A DNA stretch of 64,000 nucleotides, from the NCBI GenBank assembly GCA_017518185.1, contig JAFWWB010000037.1, positions 13,486-77,485 of the forward strand, read 5' to 3'. The stretch is from Lachnospiraceae bacterium (GTDB taxonomy: Bacteria; Bacillota; Clostridia; Lachnospirales; Lachnospiraceae). Of the stretch, positions 1 to 8,631 are shown piece after piece. A model generated the notes under the pieces. It searched no databases. It was not told the origin of the DNA and saw only the letters and a list, made by a program, of their open reading frames with translations. Each line of letters opens with the position of its first letter. Position 1 is the first letter of the stretch. The translations under genes and the position numbers were made by a program.

Positions 1-188
1 CCCTTACCGAAGTACTCCATTGGCGTAAATACACTCTTTCCATACAGTAAACTATCACCCTCAACATTATTATCACAAAATCCAAGAACACTATCATCCA
101 TTCCGATATACTTCAAAAATAGTATGATTCTTTTAGCTTCTTCACCAGTACCAAAAATTATTATCTTTTCATTTATCTGTGTTTCCAT
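1..188 (-). CDS. Partial CDS running off the window edge; N-terminal Rossmann-like segment typical of glycosylation-locus transferases
   Basis: Manual translation METQINEKIIIFGTGEEAKRII...GFCDNN; GAGGGG RBS upstream of ATG at 188; not in the ORF track because it is truncated. Confidence 0.65.
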   Translation of the reverse strand, partial: METQINEKIIIFGTGEEAKRIILFLKYIGMDDSVLGFCDNNVEGDSLLYGKSVFTPMEYFGK

Positions 189-262
189 AACTATATCCCC
201 TCGTTTCTTAGAATAATATATTTAGCTACAATAATACTCGCTGTTTATCACAACAACATTTT

Positions 263-964
263 TTATCTTTTTATCAGAATACAACTCCCCTGAATAAAAG
301 AAACCATTTCAATATCCCTAGCTAGTTTTTCAACGTTAGGTATCAAACCCTTCATTCGAGGAGGAATATCCTTATCTCTCAAATGTTCCCCACTACTGAC
401 AACGGTTGCAATTGCTTGACAATAGTCATATCCGCTCACTTCAATATCATCATAACCATTTCCATCCCACATTGAAAACGACGTGACTATATCTTCCAAA
501 ACATATATTCCCCCAGCTTCTATATGCGGAAAAATCCGATCTAACGCCATAATTTGATGACTCCATCTATGTGATGCATCATCTAACACAAAACGCGGCT
601 TGATGGACACCAACTCGTCAAGAAATTTCTCTGTCCCCAAATCTCCAATTTTAATCGTCACCCCTTCTTGTTCAAATTTTTTACATGATTCACAAATATC
701 TATACCAAAAATACCAGCATTAGGGAAAAAATCCCTCCACATTGCTAAACTAGCGCCTTTATAAACACCAAGTTCAATCAAATTGAACACATCATTCCGC
801 CATCTATCAATGAAGAACTCGTATTTGTTTAAATAATTAAGTGATTCCGATGATTTATCCGTCCCCATCAATCGTCCAATTCTATCCAGCGTTTTCAACC
901 GTGAGAAATATCCATTTTTTACACTTTTATCAGTTACTTCCTTTCTATCAAATATATATCCCAT
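263..964 (-). CDS. Class I SAM-dependent methyltransferase-like protein, probably glycan-modifying
   Basis: LIELGVYKGASLAMW, GIDI, VLDDASH, GGIYVLEDI motifs. Confidence 0.75.
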   Translation of the reverse strand: MGYIFDRKEVTDKSVKNGYFSRLKTLDRIGRLMGTDKSSESLNYLNKYEFFIDRWRNDVFNLIELGVYKGASLAMWRDFFPNAGIFGIDICESCKKFEQEGVTIKIGDLGTEKFLDELVSIKPRFVLDDASHRWSHQIMALDRIFPHIEAGGIYVLEDIVTSFSMWDGNGYDDIEVSGYDYCQAIATVVSSGEHLRDKDIPPRMKGLIPNVEKLARDIEMVSFIQGSCILIKR

Positions 965-1018
965 TTCCTATATATCCTTTCTTATTCAAATTGTACCTAT
1001 TTTTGAAATCATTCGTCC

Positions 1019-1987
1019 TCAGTAGCCCAACACCTCGTTCGGGAAAAAAACCCTTATACACTTATATATGCTTTCAACAAACTCCTTTATACCTGTATCT
1101 AAAACAGCTATAATAATACACGCATCCAAAGTTTCGTGAATTTTCCTCCCAGTTTTTATGATTTTACAATTATCTACAATTCCACCTTTTTGATCTATCA
1201 CACTTAACCTAATATTGTTATTCATCTTTAGTTCGTTATACATTAGCTTTCCTATATCACCATAACCATATAAATATACTTCCTTTATACCTTCCTTAGA
1301 AAAAAATGAATTAAAACGTTCTGCTTTTTTATCCATAGTATACCAATTGAAAATAAAATAATATCTCCAAGCCCATTCATTCGCACTTCTAGTCCGTTTT
1401 TCATAATTCAACTTTGGAAATAATGACACATCTACCCATTCTGAATTTTTAGTCAGTATCATCATTGTATCATTAGTTCCTTCTTGATACCAATCTTCCT
1501 CCACTTCCATGTTAGGGACTCCCGATACAGTAATATTCACAATTTGGAAACCAGCCCACTTAGCTAAGGCAGCAAAACCATCTGAAAAATATCTGTAGCA
1601 ATCAACGGGATACCTATGCTCCACCATGGTACAAGGAGCCAAAACACATGCAAAGCCATTATTCTTGAGTTTCTGATACATCTGTTTAATTGTTAACCAA
1701 GGATATTCTATATGTTCAAACGCATTTCCAGAGATTATGAAGTCAAAGCTGTCATCTGATAATTCGTGCCAGCTATACGGATCCGTTGGAACATAATCAA
1801 CATTAGGTCCCTCCGCCATATCTAAGCCAACATACTCCACATTATTTAATGGGAACAAGCCACGATAGGATCCATTAACATCATAGCTCCCAACATCTAA
1901 TACTCTGACTTTTCTGTCATTTGGAACATAGTTTTTTATAAACCATTCCATTCTAAGCATAGCACTTTTATGCATAAATCCCTCCAC
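1019..1987 (-). CDS. SAM-dependent methyltransferase (type 11-like) with C-terminal Rossmann-like extension
   Basis: VLDVGSYDVNG motif I, YVGLDM, FDFIISGNAFEHIEYPW; C-terminal YLYGYGDIG. Confidence 0.8.
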   Translation of the reverse strand: MEGFMHKSAMLRMEWFIKNYVPNDRKVRVLDVGSYDVNGSYRGLFPLNNVEYVGLDMAEGPNVDYVPTDPYSWHELSDDSFDFIISGNAFEHIEYPWLTIKQMYQKLKNNGFACVLAPCTMVEHRYPVDCYRYFSDGFAALAKWAGFQIVNITVSGVPNMEVEEDWYQEGTNDTMMILTKNSEWVDVSLFPKLNYEKRTRSANEWAWRYYFIFNWYTMDKKAERFNSFFSKEGIKEVYLYGYGDIGKLMYNELKMNNNIRLSVIDQKGGIVDNCKIIKTGRKIHETLDACIIIAVLDTGIKEFVESIYKCIRVFFPNEVLGY

Positions 1988-2016
1988 TCTTTACTAATTA
2001 TAATAACTACATCTGA

Positions 2017-3135
2017 TTAACTGTTTGTTAGGCATGAAATAAACTCATCTAATCCGATTTCTCTTTCGTTAACAAAATACATTTTTCTATTTACATCTTC
2101 GCACCTGCTTTTCCAGCACTTTTGGAGAAAGTCATCATCCTCAAGAAAATATGTCTCTTTTTCCACAAGCTTTTGTTCCATATGAAAACTGTACCATTCT
2201 CGTGTTCTTTTTGTAACAAACTTTAATAAATTCTTTTCGTACTTAACTGTGGTCAGAAAATTCCCCGAATGTATTATGTTATTAATTCTATTGCTCTCCT
2301 CCCACTCTCCCCTATCTGCATCATAGAAAAAACTTTTGGTCCCTTCCGCAAAAAAGAATAATTTATTATTATTGCAAACAACCGGTGCTCTATACGAAAC
2401 ATTTATCGGTGCTTCTAAACTATCTATCTTTCTATTCTCGATATCGTATTTATATATACCTCCATTAACTCCTGTTAACCACATATTTGCGCCACACCGT
2501 GTTAATCCCCAGAAACCACCTTCTGTTTCTTTTATTTCTATTATCTCCCCCTTTCTTCTATTTAGATCAAATGAAAAAAGAGCACTCAAGCACCCCATTG
2601 GCAAATATACTCTCTCGTCAATTATCGCCCCCCCTTCATTAAAATATGAATTGGAAGGCTCAAATCCTTTTTTTCTAACAACCTCTTCAACCCATTCGTC
2701 AATGTAGTTAACGTTTAGAGTATCCATATTTATCTCGACTATCGCCGGATAAGTCCAACCAAACAGATACACATACCTGCCAAACCTAAAACTATTAAAG
2801 AACTTTCCATCTGAAGAATAATTTACCCCAGAAACAGCAAATTTTTTTTTCAACTTAATATATCTAACGTTTCTGCCAATCATATTACAAATGGCTATAT
2901 AATCCGCTGAAAACGGGCAAAAAACTACCTGATCATCAACAACCTGTATAGATCCACTCAAATTATGCTTCCCACATGCCGTATTAGGATATTGACTAAC
3001 TACTTCTGCTCTCCCACTTTTCTTACTTACTCTACAGATCGCATTCCCCCATGCCAAACACATCCATATGTATTCATCATTTTCATAATAATCATTTCCA
3101 GAAATCAACCCAAATGTATTATCATATTTTCTCAT
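2017..3135 (-). CDS. Hypothetical protein, probable beta-propeller, of the kind seen in clostridial glycosylation loci
   Basis: 372-aa ORF with repeated short beta-strand/aromatic patterns; GAGGG RBS. Confidence 0.6.
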   Translation of the reverse strand: MRKYDNTFGLISGNDYYENDEYIWMCLAWGNAICRVSKKSGRAEVVSQYPNTACGKHNLSGSIQVVDDQVVFCPFSADYIAICNMIGRNVRYIKLKKKFAVSGVNYSSDGKFFNSFRFGRYVYLFGWTYPAIVEINMDTLNVNYIDEWVEEVVRKKGFEPSNSYFNEGGAIIDERVYLPMGCLSALFSFDLNRRKGEIIEIKETEGGFWGLTRCGANMWLTGVNGGIYKYDIENRKIDSLEAPINVSYRAPVVCNNNKLFFFAEGTKSFFYDADRGEWEESNRINNIIHSGNFLTTVKYEKNLLKFVTKRTREWYSFHMEQKLVEKETYFLEDDDFLQKCWKSRCEDVNRKMYFVNEREIGLDEFISCLTNS

Positions 3136-3161
3136 ATATTATTCCAATTTCCCTCATCAAA

Positions 3162-3198
3162 AATATCTCTCGCCTGAACAAATCAAGCGAGAGATATT
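3162..3198 (-). terminator. Probable intrinsic terminator after the 356-aa secreted protein
   Basis: Inverted repeat AATATCTCTCGC...GCGAGAGATATT followed by a T run on the minus strand. Confidence 0.7.
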
Positions 3199-3218
3199 AA
3201 TAAACTTAGAACTACTCC

Positions 3219-4289
3219 TTACTTTGTGAACTTAAACGTCTGTGTATAAGCACCATCACCAGTTCCAAATGTTGCCGTAAACGTCACTCCACTCAGATCA
3301 GATGCGCTTGCGCTTCTTAAATAGGTAGCTATATCAGCACCTAACGTGATAGTCTTATTACTATAGGTAGCTCCGTAGCCATTTCCCATGGTCAACATGT
3401 CACCCGAATATGCAGAAACTTCCAACTTAGTCAAATTCTTGTTATCAGCACCAACAGTAACAGCCACTGTAATATCCCCCGTTTCGGGAACTGCCGTTGT
3501 AGCCGGCACAGATGACTTGGCCGGTACTGCTGCAGACTTGATATCCCATGTAAGCTCAACCTGAGGAGCAATGAGGCTATCGGTAACTTCACCCTTGGAA
3601 GCCTTACCGCTAAGATTAATGCTGACAGAAGACCAGGTTGCATTCTCGCTGGGAGTAAGCTTATATGAAATGGTCTCAGCGTTAGCGGCACTATTCAAGC
3701 TAACACCAAAGTTATCAGGCTGACCTGCTACTTCATACTCTGCAGAAGATCCTTCGTCAACAATGGCGTTGCTGCTGGTACCCACATTCAGTTTCAGCAA
3801 AAGAGAAGCCTTCTCAGCAGTTGTGTTAGCTGCAAGCTCATCAGCATCCTTAGCAAAAGGAATCCTGGTTGCAGTCGAATTTTTCAATGTAGCCTTTACA
3901 GTAACGTTAGCAGAGACATAGTTCTTGATGTTCATACTAACGCTGTTGCTGGTAGAATTGTAGCTTACTGCACCGTTCTCAGAAACCTTGAAGTATACAA
4001 GATCATCATTGTGATAATCCTTAGCCTCTGTTCCATCAGGAAGCTTGTCAGCCTTTGCAAGGATGTCCTCGGGATCTACCCAGAAATTAAAGGTTTCCGC
4101 AACAGAGCTAGACGTAGGCAGTGTCCACTGAACATAATCGGTATCCAGGTGATTGGTGCTCTTACCGGTACCGGTTGCTCCGTTAGCTGATGTGCTGTCG
4201 CCTTCTGCGAATGCAGTCATGCTGCTTCCCAGTGCCATGATGGTCATCATTGCAGTAGCTACGATTCTTTTGAACTTGTTCATCTTCAT
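3219..4289 (-). CDS. Secreted or surface protein, Ser/Thr/Ala-rich, unknown function
   Basis: Signal peptide MKMNKFKRIVATAMMTIMALGSSMTAFA; mature part beta-strand rich. Confidence 0.8.
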   Translation of the reverse strand: MKMNKFKRIVATAMMTIMALGSSMTAFAEGDSTSANGATGTGKSTNHLDTDYVQWTLPTSSSVAETFNFWVDPEDILAKADKLPDGTEAKDYHNDDLVYFKVSENGAVSYNSTSNSVSMNIKNYVSANVTVKATLKNSTATRIPFAKDADELAANTTAEKASLLLKLNVGTSSNAIVDEGSSAEYEVAGQPDNFGVSLNSAANAETISYKLTPSENATWSSVSINLSGKASKGEVTDSLIAPQVELTWDIKSAAVPAKSSVPATTAVPETGDITVAVTVGADNKNLTKLEVSAYSGDMLTMGNGYGATYSNKTITLGADIATYLRSASASDLSGVTFTATFGTGDGAYTQTFKFTK

Positions 4290-4345
4290 TCTTGATTCCT
4301 CCTTGATTTTTGTTTTATTTGCAAAGCGCTCCGCACTTTGTTTTC

Positions 4346-4951
4346 TTACTCACCTACTATGATAGGTACCATAACTCTCAGGCTGTCCACAGGATTCTGC
4401 TCTTCATCCACAAGGTGATAAATCATCAGGCAGTTATACTCACCCGGCTCGGGAACATCACTTAGCTCTATGCTGTCGAGCGAAGCTCCTCTGGGTATCA
4501 CCGGTGAACTATAGATCAGATGGTTCTCATCTTCGCCAAGGAAAAGATCAAAGTAAACATCATGACTGTTTGCTTCAATATTTTCAACAAAAGCATCCGG
4601 TGAGATTCCGGCTCCTCTGGGGAAATGCCATTCCCTGGCCATCTTCACCTCATACTGTCCAACCACCACCTGAGGTTCGGTTTCAGCGAACATATCCTGT
4701 ATATTATCTTCAGTAAGGATGTTTCCCTGAACAACTGCTCTCGTGGGTTGAGGTCTTTCGGCCTGGGGAGCAACCTGCTCTTTCCTTGTCAGCAGCAATA
4801 TGATCACCACTATCAGAGCCAGGATTATGATCACCCCTATCACGATCAATACTATGTTACTTTTTGAGGTTTTCTCTTTTCCTCCTTTCTCTTCTTTTTC
4901 TGCTTGACCCTGTACGTCTTTTTCTTCAGACATCAGAGGTCCCCCTTTCAA
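4346..4951 (-). CDS. Single-pass membrane protein with an extracellular Ig-like domain
   Basis: Basic N-terminus, TM helix IVLIVIGVIIILALIVVIILLL, C-terminal YSSPVIPRG...GEYNCLMIYHLVD. Confidence 0.8.
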   Translation of the reverse strand: MKGGPLMSEEKDVQGQAEKEEKGGKEKTSKSNIVLIVIGVIIILALIVVIILLLTRKEQVAPQAERPQPTRAVVQGNILTEDNIQDMFAETEPQVVVGQYEVKMAREWHFPRGAGISPDAFVENIEANSHDVYFDLFLGEDENHLIYSSPVIPRGASLDSIELSDVPEPGEYNCLMIYHLVDEEQNPVDSLRVMVPIIVGE

Positions 4952-5040
4952 ATTGCTTTGCTCCTTTCGGAGCTATATTCCAACCCGTTGCCGGGGCAGA
5001 ATCATAGTATATTCTCAGCTTCGTGTTTTGTATTTCGGAC

Positions 5041-5114
5041 ATAATACCACAATATTTAGTGCAAAACTGCCTTTTTGGTTCGAGCGGTCGTTATACACGT
5101 CCGAACGGTCGATA
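5041..5114 (-). promoter_or_regulatory. Putative activator-dependent promoter with a LytTR-type direct repeat
   Basis: Minus strand ACCGTTCGG-N12-ACCGCTCGA, then 33 nt, then TG-g-TATTAT extended -10; no good -35. Confidence 0.5.
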
Positions 5115-5266
5115 ATCTCTGTAAACTATTATGCGGAAGCATTATCTTTTGTCATACAACTCAGGTTTTCTCAAGTATATCGTTTATTTGAACAATTTGA
5201 AACAAAAGAAAAATAATGGAAATCCAGGGGGAGGCCCCAAGAAATAAGGATCATTTTCGAGCAACA

Positions 5267-6625
5267 TTATAAACAGAATGTCATATATGCCGGAATACAC
5301 ACTATACTTTCTTTTACGATTAGGTTCCTCGGATGAATAATATAACTCTCCCCTATTCTTGATCTATATTTTTCTATAAATCGGTTTAATGAAGTTATGG
5401 TGTATTTTTTCCCTGATTTAACCTCTATAGGATACATTTTGTATTTCATTTTACTATTATTTGAAATAATAAAATCAATTTCTATATCATTTCGATGTTT
5501 TTCAGTTGAATAATGCGTGTAAAAATATAATTTGTGCCCATTCGCAACAAGCATCTGCGCTATAGCATTCTCATAGAGCATTCCCTCATTAACAGAAAGC
5601 TTATCGTTAAGTATCTGCGAGTAAACCTCACTTTCCAACAATTCATTCTCATCAAAAGCATGACTGAGCAAGAGTCCTGTATCACCCAGATAGCATTTTA
5701 CATAAGTGCGCTCTTCGTTTATCGAAAGTCCGACATTAGGATCATTGCACAGAAAGCACTCATTTGAGATCATAGAGTCAGACAGCCAAAAAAACGTATC
5801 ACTGTATTGATCCGCATAGCTTCCTTCCTGTATATCTTTGAACACTACTCTCTTTTCATGTTGTGACAAAAGACCTGGAATCTGATCAAAAATCGCCAAA
5901 ACCTTACTACGATACTGTGCTTTGATCTTCATGATATCATTACGATACAGTTTCAGGATATCCCTCTTTTCAGCATCTACTAAACTGAATTTTTTTTCAT
6001 TTTCGATGTAAAGAGTAACCGGTTTAGGCATACCCCCAACCAGCATATACTGCTTAAAAAGCATCATTGCCTTATTATGCATCCCTCTTTCCAAAGGCTC
6101 TCTCTTTTCAAAACAATTCCTTATATAATTTGATAATTGTTCTTCTCCAAGCGCCCAGGCAAATTCCTCAAGATCAAGCGGATACATCATAATACTTCTC
6201 TCCTCTGATGGAATTACGATATCCTTTACATTTTCCTTGATCGATATCAACGATCCGGTTTCTATGTAATCGTATCTGCCATCTGCAACAAGATACTTTA
6301 TTGCAGCCCTGGCTTGCGGAAACATCTGCACTTCATCAAAGATCAGTACTGATTTTCTCGGAACAAGGTTAACACCATAATACGTACCAAGCAGCATGAA
6401 AAGATCATCCAACTTGTTAAGATATTGATTAAAGTATGCTTCTACAACCGCATCCTTCTTTGCAAAATCAATAAGGATATATGATTCATATTCTTGCCTG
6501 GCGAATTCCTCTACGATAGTGGACTTACCGATACGTCTGGCTCCCTCCACCATTACTGCTTTCGTTCCCAGGCATTCATTTTTCCACCCCAGCAATTTGG
6601 TATAGATTTTTCTTTTTAGGATCAT
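5267..6625 (-). CDS. AAA_14 / DUF4143-type ATP-binding protein
   Basis: Walker A GARRIGKS, Walker B LIFDEVQ, C-terminal EIDFII...IEVKSG PD-(D/E)xK-like motif. Confidence 0.9.
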   Translation of the reverse strand: MILKRKIYTKLLGWKNECLGTKAVMVEGARRIGKSTIVEEFARQEYESYILIDFAKKDAVVEAYFNQYLNKLDDLFMLLGTYYGVNLVPRKSVLIFDEVQMFPQARAAIKYLVADGRYDYIETGSLISIKENVKDIVIPSEERSIMMYPLDLEEFAWALGEEQLSNYIRNCFEKREPLERGMHNKAMMLFKQYMLVGGMPKPVTLYIENEKKFSLVDAEKRDILKLYRNDIMKIKAQYRSKVLAIFDQIPGLLSQHEKRVVFKDIQEGSYADQYSDTFFWLSDSMISNECFLCNDPNVGLSINEERTYVKCYLGDTGLLLSHAFDENELLESEVYSQILNDKLSVNEGMLYENAIAQMLVANGHKLYFYTHYSTEKHRNDIEIDFIISNNSKMKYKMYPIEVKSGKKYTITSLNRFIEKYRSRIGESYIIHPRNLIVKESIVCIPAYMTFCL

Positions 6626-6669
6626 GATTGTTCTCCTTTGTAGCCAAAATTGCGTTCTTCATCGCCTCT

Positions 6670-6779
6670 TTTGATTATGCGCACGTTTTGTGCTTGTATA
6701 ATCTTTGATTATGCGCACATTATAGCAAGTTTTTTGATTATGCGCAATATCTTTCAGCCGCATTTTTTGATTATGCGCA
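6670..6779. repeat. Four identical 14-bp direct repeats TTTGATTATGCGCA with unique 15-20 nt spacers
   Basis: Copies start at 6670, 6704, 6733 and 6766. Confidence 0.95.
6719..6747 (-). promoter_or_regulatory. Sigma-70 promoter of the DUF4143 ATPase gene, embedded in the repeat array
   Basis: TTGCGC-17 nt-TATAAT with extended TG; the -35 lies inside repeat 3. Confidence 0.7.
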
Positions 6780-6850
6780 TGTTTACGCGCATCTCACTGT
6801 AGCAGTCAAGGAAAGTGAACTGTAGCATCTGTATACCGGTTCCGTATAAT

Positions 6851-6877
6851 AGAAAAACCCCGGATTCCGGGGTTCCT
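6851..6877 (-). terminator. Intrinsic terminator after the XRE-nucleotidyltransferase gene
   Basis: AACCCCGGA-A-TCCGGGGTT hairpin followed by TTT on the minus strand. Confidence 0.8.
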
Positions 6878-6897
6878 GCGATATTTTCAGCGCAGCA

Positions 6898-7491
6898 TCA
6901 ATTTTCCAGTTCTGCAAAAACATCATCAACGTCATAGGAATCATCCTCTTTTGCCTGTTTAAGCCCTACCGCCATTATCTCATCAAATTGAGCTTTTGTC
7001 ATTTCATCTCTCACCGGCTGTTTATATATCCTGATCCCGTCCTTTAGAATTTCATCCGTCAGCTCAAGATTGACTCTAAGCTGCTCAAGACTCAGCACAT
7101 CTACCTTCTTATGGAGCGCAGTCCGTAGTTTTTCAACCATTCCATAAAACTTAAGCCCCTTAACATCTGATGAGACCAGCAGATCCACATCACTGGTTTC
7201 CATAGCTTTCCCTTTAGCATAAGATCCGAATAAGACACAATAGTGAACGGGATACTCCGAAAAAACACTGCCGCACTTTGCTTTTATAATATCCAGTTCC
7301 AGAATACCGTGTTCTTCGTCTAACGGGTTAATTGCGTTAAGCTTATCAAGAATGTAGTTATATTTTAATGTACCAACCTTATCCTCATCATTCTCATAAG
7401 ATTTATATGATCTTAAAGAAATACCCAGCATTTGTGCCACCTGCTGCTGGGTCAGTTTTTTTTCTGTTCTCAATTCTTTGATAGCGCCCAT
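6898..7491 (-). CDS. XRE-HTH plus minimal nucleotidyltransferase (MNT antitoxin-like) with a RelB/DinJ-like C-terminal tail
   Basis: HTH KELRTEKKLTQQQVAQMLGIS; MNT motif LFGSYAKG...SDVDLLV; tail DEMTKAQFDEIMAVGLKQAK; start reassigned to 7491 (GGGGG RBS, promoter upstream). Confidence 0.8.
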   Translation of the reverse strand: MGAIKELRTEKKLTQQQVAQMLGISLRSYKSYENDEDKVGTLKYNYILDKLNAINPLDEEHGILELDIIKAKCGSVFSEYPVHYCVLFGSYAKGKAMETSDVDLLVSSDVKGLKFYGMVEKLRTALHKKVDVLSLEQLRVNLELTDEILKDGIRIYKQPVRDEMTKAQFDEIMAVGLKQAKEDDSYDVDDVFAELEN

Positions 7492-7514
7492 ATTGCCCCC
7501 CATCACAGATAGTA

Positions 7515-7559
7515 TGCAATATTTGCACCTTAACGTCAAGTGTAGGTGCAATTTTTGCA
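7515..7559 (-). promoter_or_regulatory. Promoter and inverted-repeat operator of the XRE-MNT gene
   Basis: TTGACG-17-CATACT overlapped by the 16-bp inverted repeat TGCAATATTTGCACCT / AGGTGCAATTTTTGCA (14 of 16 match). Confidence 0.7.
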
Positions 7560-7694
7560 CTTTGTACCCAAGCTAAGATGCTCTATCAGGACGAATTTCC
7601 CTCTTTTTCATCATTTCTAATCCCCAAATATGTAGAATTCTACACTTTTGTCGATTAGTATCTTATTTTTTCTTTTACCATTGGGATCGTATCC

Positions 7695-8180
7695 TTACCT
7701 CCCCCCCTTACTTATACTGCTCAGTTTCTGCTGGATATTGCGGACGTAGCGCCTGGCGACCCAGGTCTCGCTCCCGTCCTCGAAGATTATGCGGATGGTG
7801 CCGGAGACGCTCATGTCCAGACTGGACACACGGCGGAGATTTACGATCTCGAAACGGCTGATGCGGACAAAATCATCGTCGTCCAGGGCGTTCTCGAATT
7901 CGCTCAAAGGACGTCTGGATCTGTAGATACCGGAAACGGTGCAGATGACCAGCTTACGGTTTTCGATGTAAACATGGATTATATCCGCAGGATCAAGCAG
8001 CACCGTGTGGTCGTCATCACAGACCGGGATGCGTTTCTGTTCCCCCATGAGACATTGTTCTATGCTCCTCACCATGTCGGCGATCATCTCATCTTCCTTA
8101 TCGGTCCTGATGATCACCTGAGGTTCATCGTATGAAGAGTTTATCTCCACCTTTACGCTGATCTTCCTGTCCATTCCCAT
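7695..8180 (-). CDS. Stand-alone LytTR-family transcriptional regulator
   Basis: FVRISRFEIVNL, VARRYV LytTR motifs; no receiver domain; start reassigned to 8180 after the GGGGG RBS. Confidence 0.85.
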   Translation of the reverse strand: MGMDRKISVKVEINSSYDEPQVIIRTDKEDEMIADMVRSIEQCLMGEQKRIPVCDDDHTVLLDPADIIHVYIENRKLVICTVSGIYRSRRPLSEFENALDDDDFVRISRFEIVNLRRVSSLDMSVSGTIRIIFEDGSETWVARRYVRNIQQKLSSISKGGR

Positions 8181-8193
8181 CTGCCCCCCTCGG

Positions 8194-8631
8194 TTACTGT
8201 TTCTTAAACTGATCCAGTCCGTCATTCATCCTCCTTATCTGTCTGCGGTAGGACAGATACTGCGACAACCAGATACAGATATATACGGCAATGAAAGCGG
8301 CCGTCATGATCCAGAAAAGCAGGTCTCCCAAAACAAGCCAGCCCTGTATCATTCCCATGGCATAAAAGCCGGCCAGGGTAAAGGCAAAATGCGTGATAGT
8401 TGCCTTTGCGATGCTCCAGCTTTCTATATCGTAGACTACCGTGAGGCCCATACTGATCATGCCGTATATGCCGCCCACCAGAAGTTCGAACAGGCTTAAG
8501 CCCGCAAAAGCCGCCGCCCTATCCTCGGCCCCGTACACATCGGAGCAGATGAAGAACGTAAGACCTATGAGTATGCCGCATACAAAACCTATGCTGCCGA
8601 GTATAAGGGCACTTTTAACCGATCTTTTCAT
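8194..8631 (-). CDS. DUF3021-like membrane protein (LytTR regulatory system partner)
   Basis: Four hydrophobic helices, WSIAKATITHF motif, YICIWL...IRRMN; start 8631 overlaps the upstream stop. Confidence 0.8.
   Translation of the reverse strand: MKRSVKSALILGSIGFVCGILIGLTFFICSDVYGAEDRAAAFAGLSLFELLVGGIYGMISMGLTVVYDIESWSIAKATITHFAFTLAGFYAMGMIQGWLVLGDLLFWIMTAAFIAVYICIWLSQYLSYRRQIRRMNDGLDQFKKQ

Noticed and set aside
6670-6779. 14-bp repeats with unique spacers as a mini-CRISPR
   Set aside because: Repeats and spacers are too short, spacer length is irregular, and the array contains the promoter; kept as an operator-like array
7631-7644. Perfect 14-bp palindrome TGTAGAATTCTACA near the island edge
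   Set aside because: Single copy, no matching site at another boundary in the window and no recombinase; insufficient for an att site
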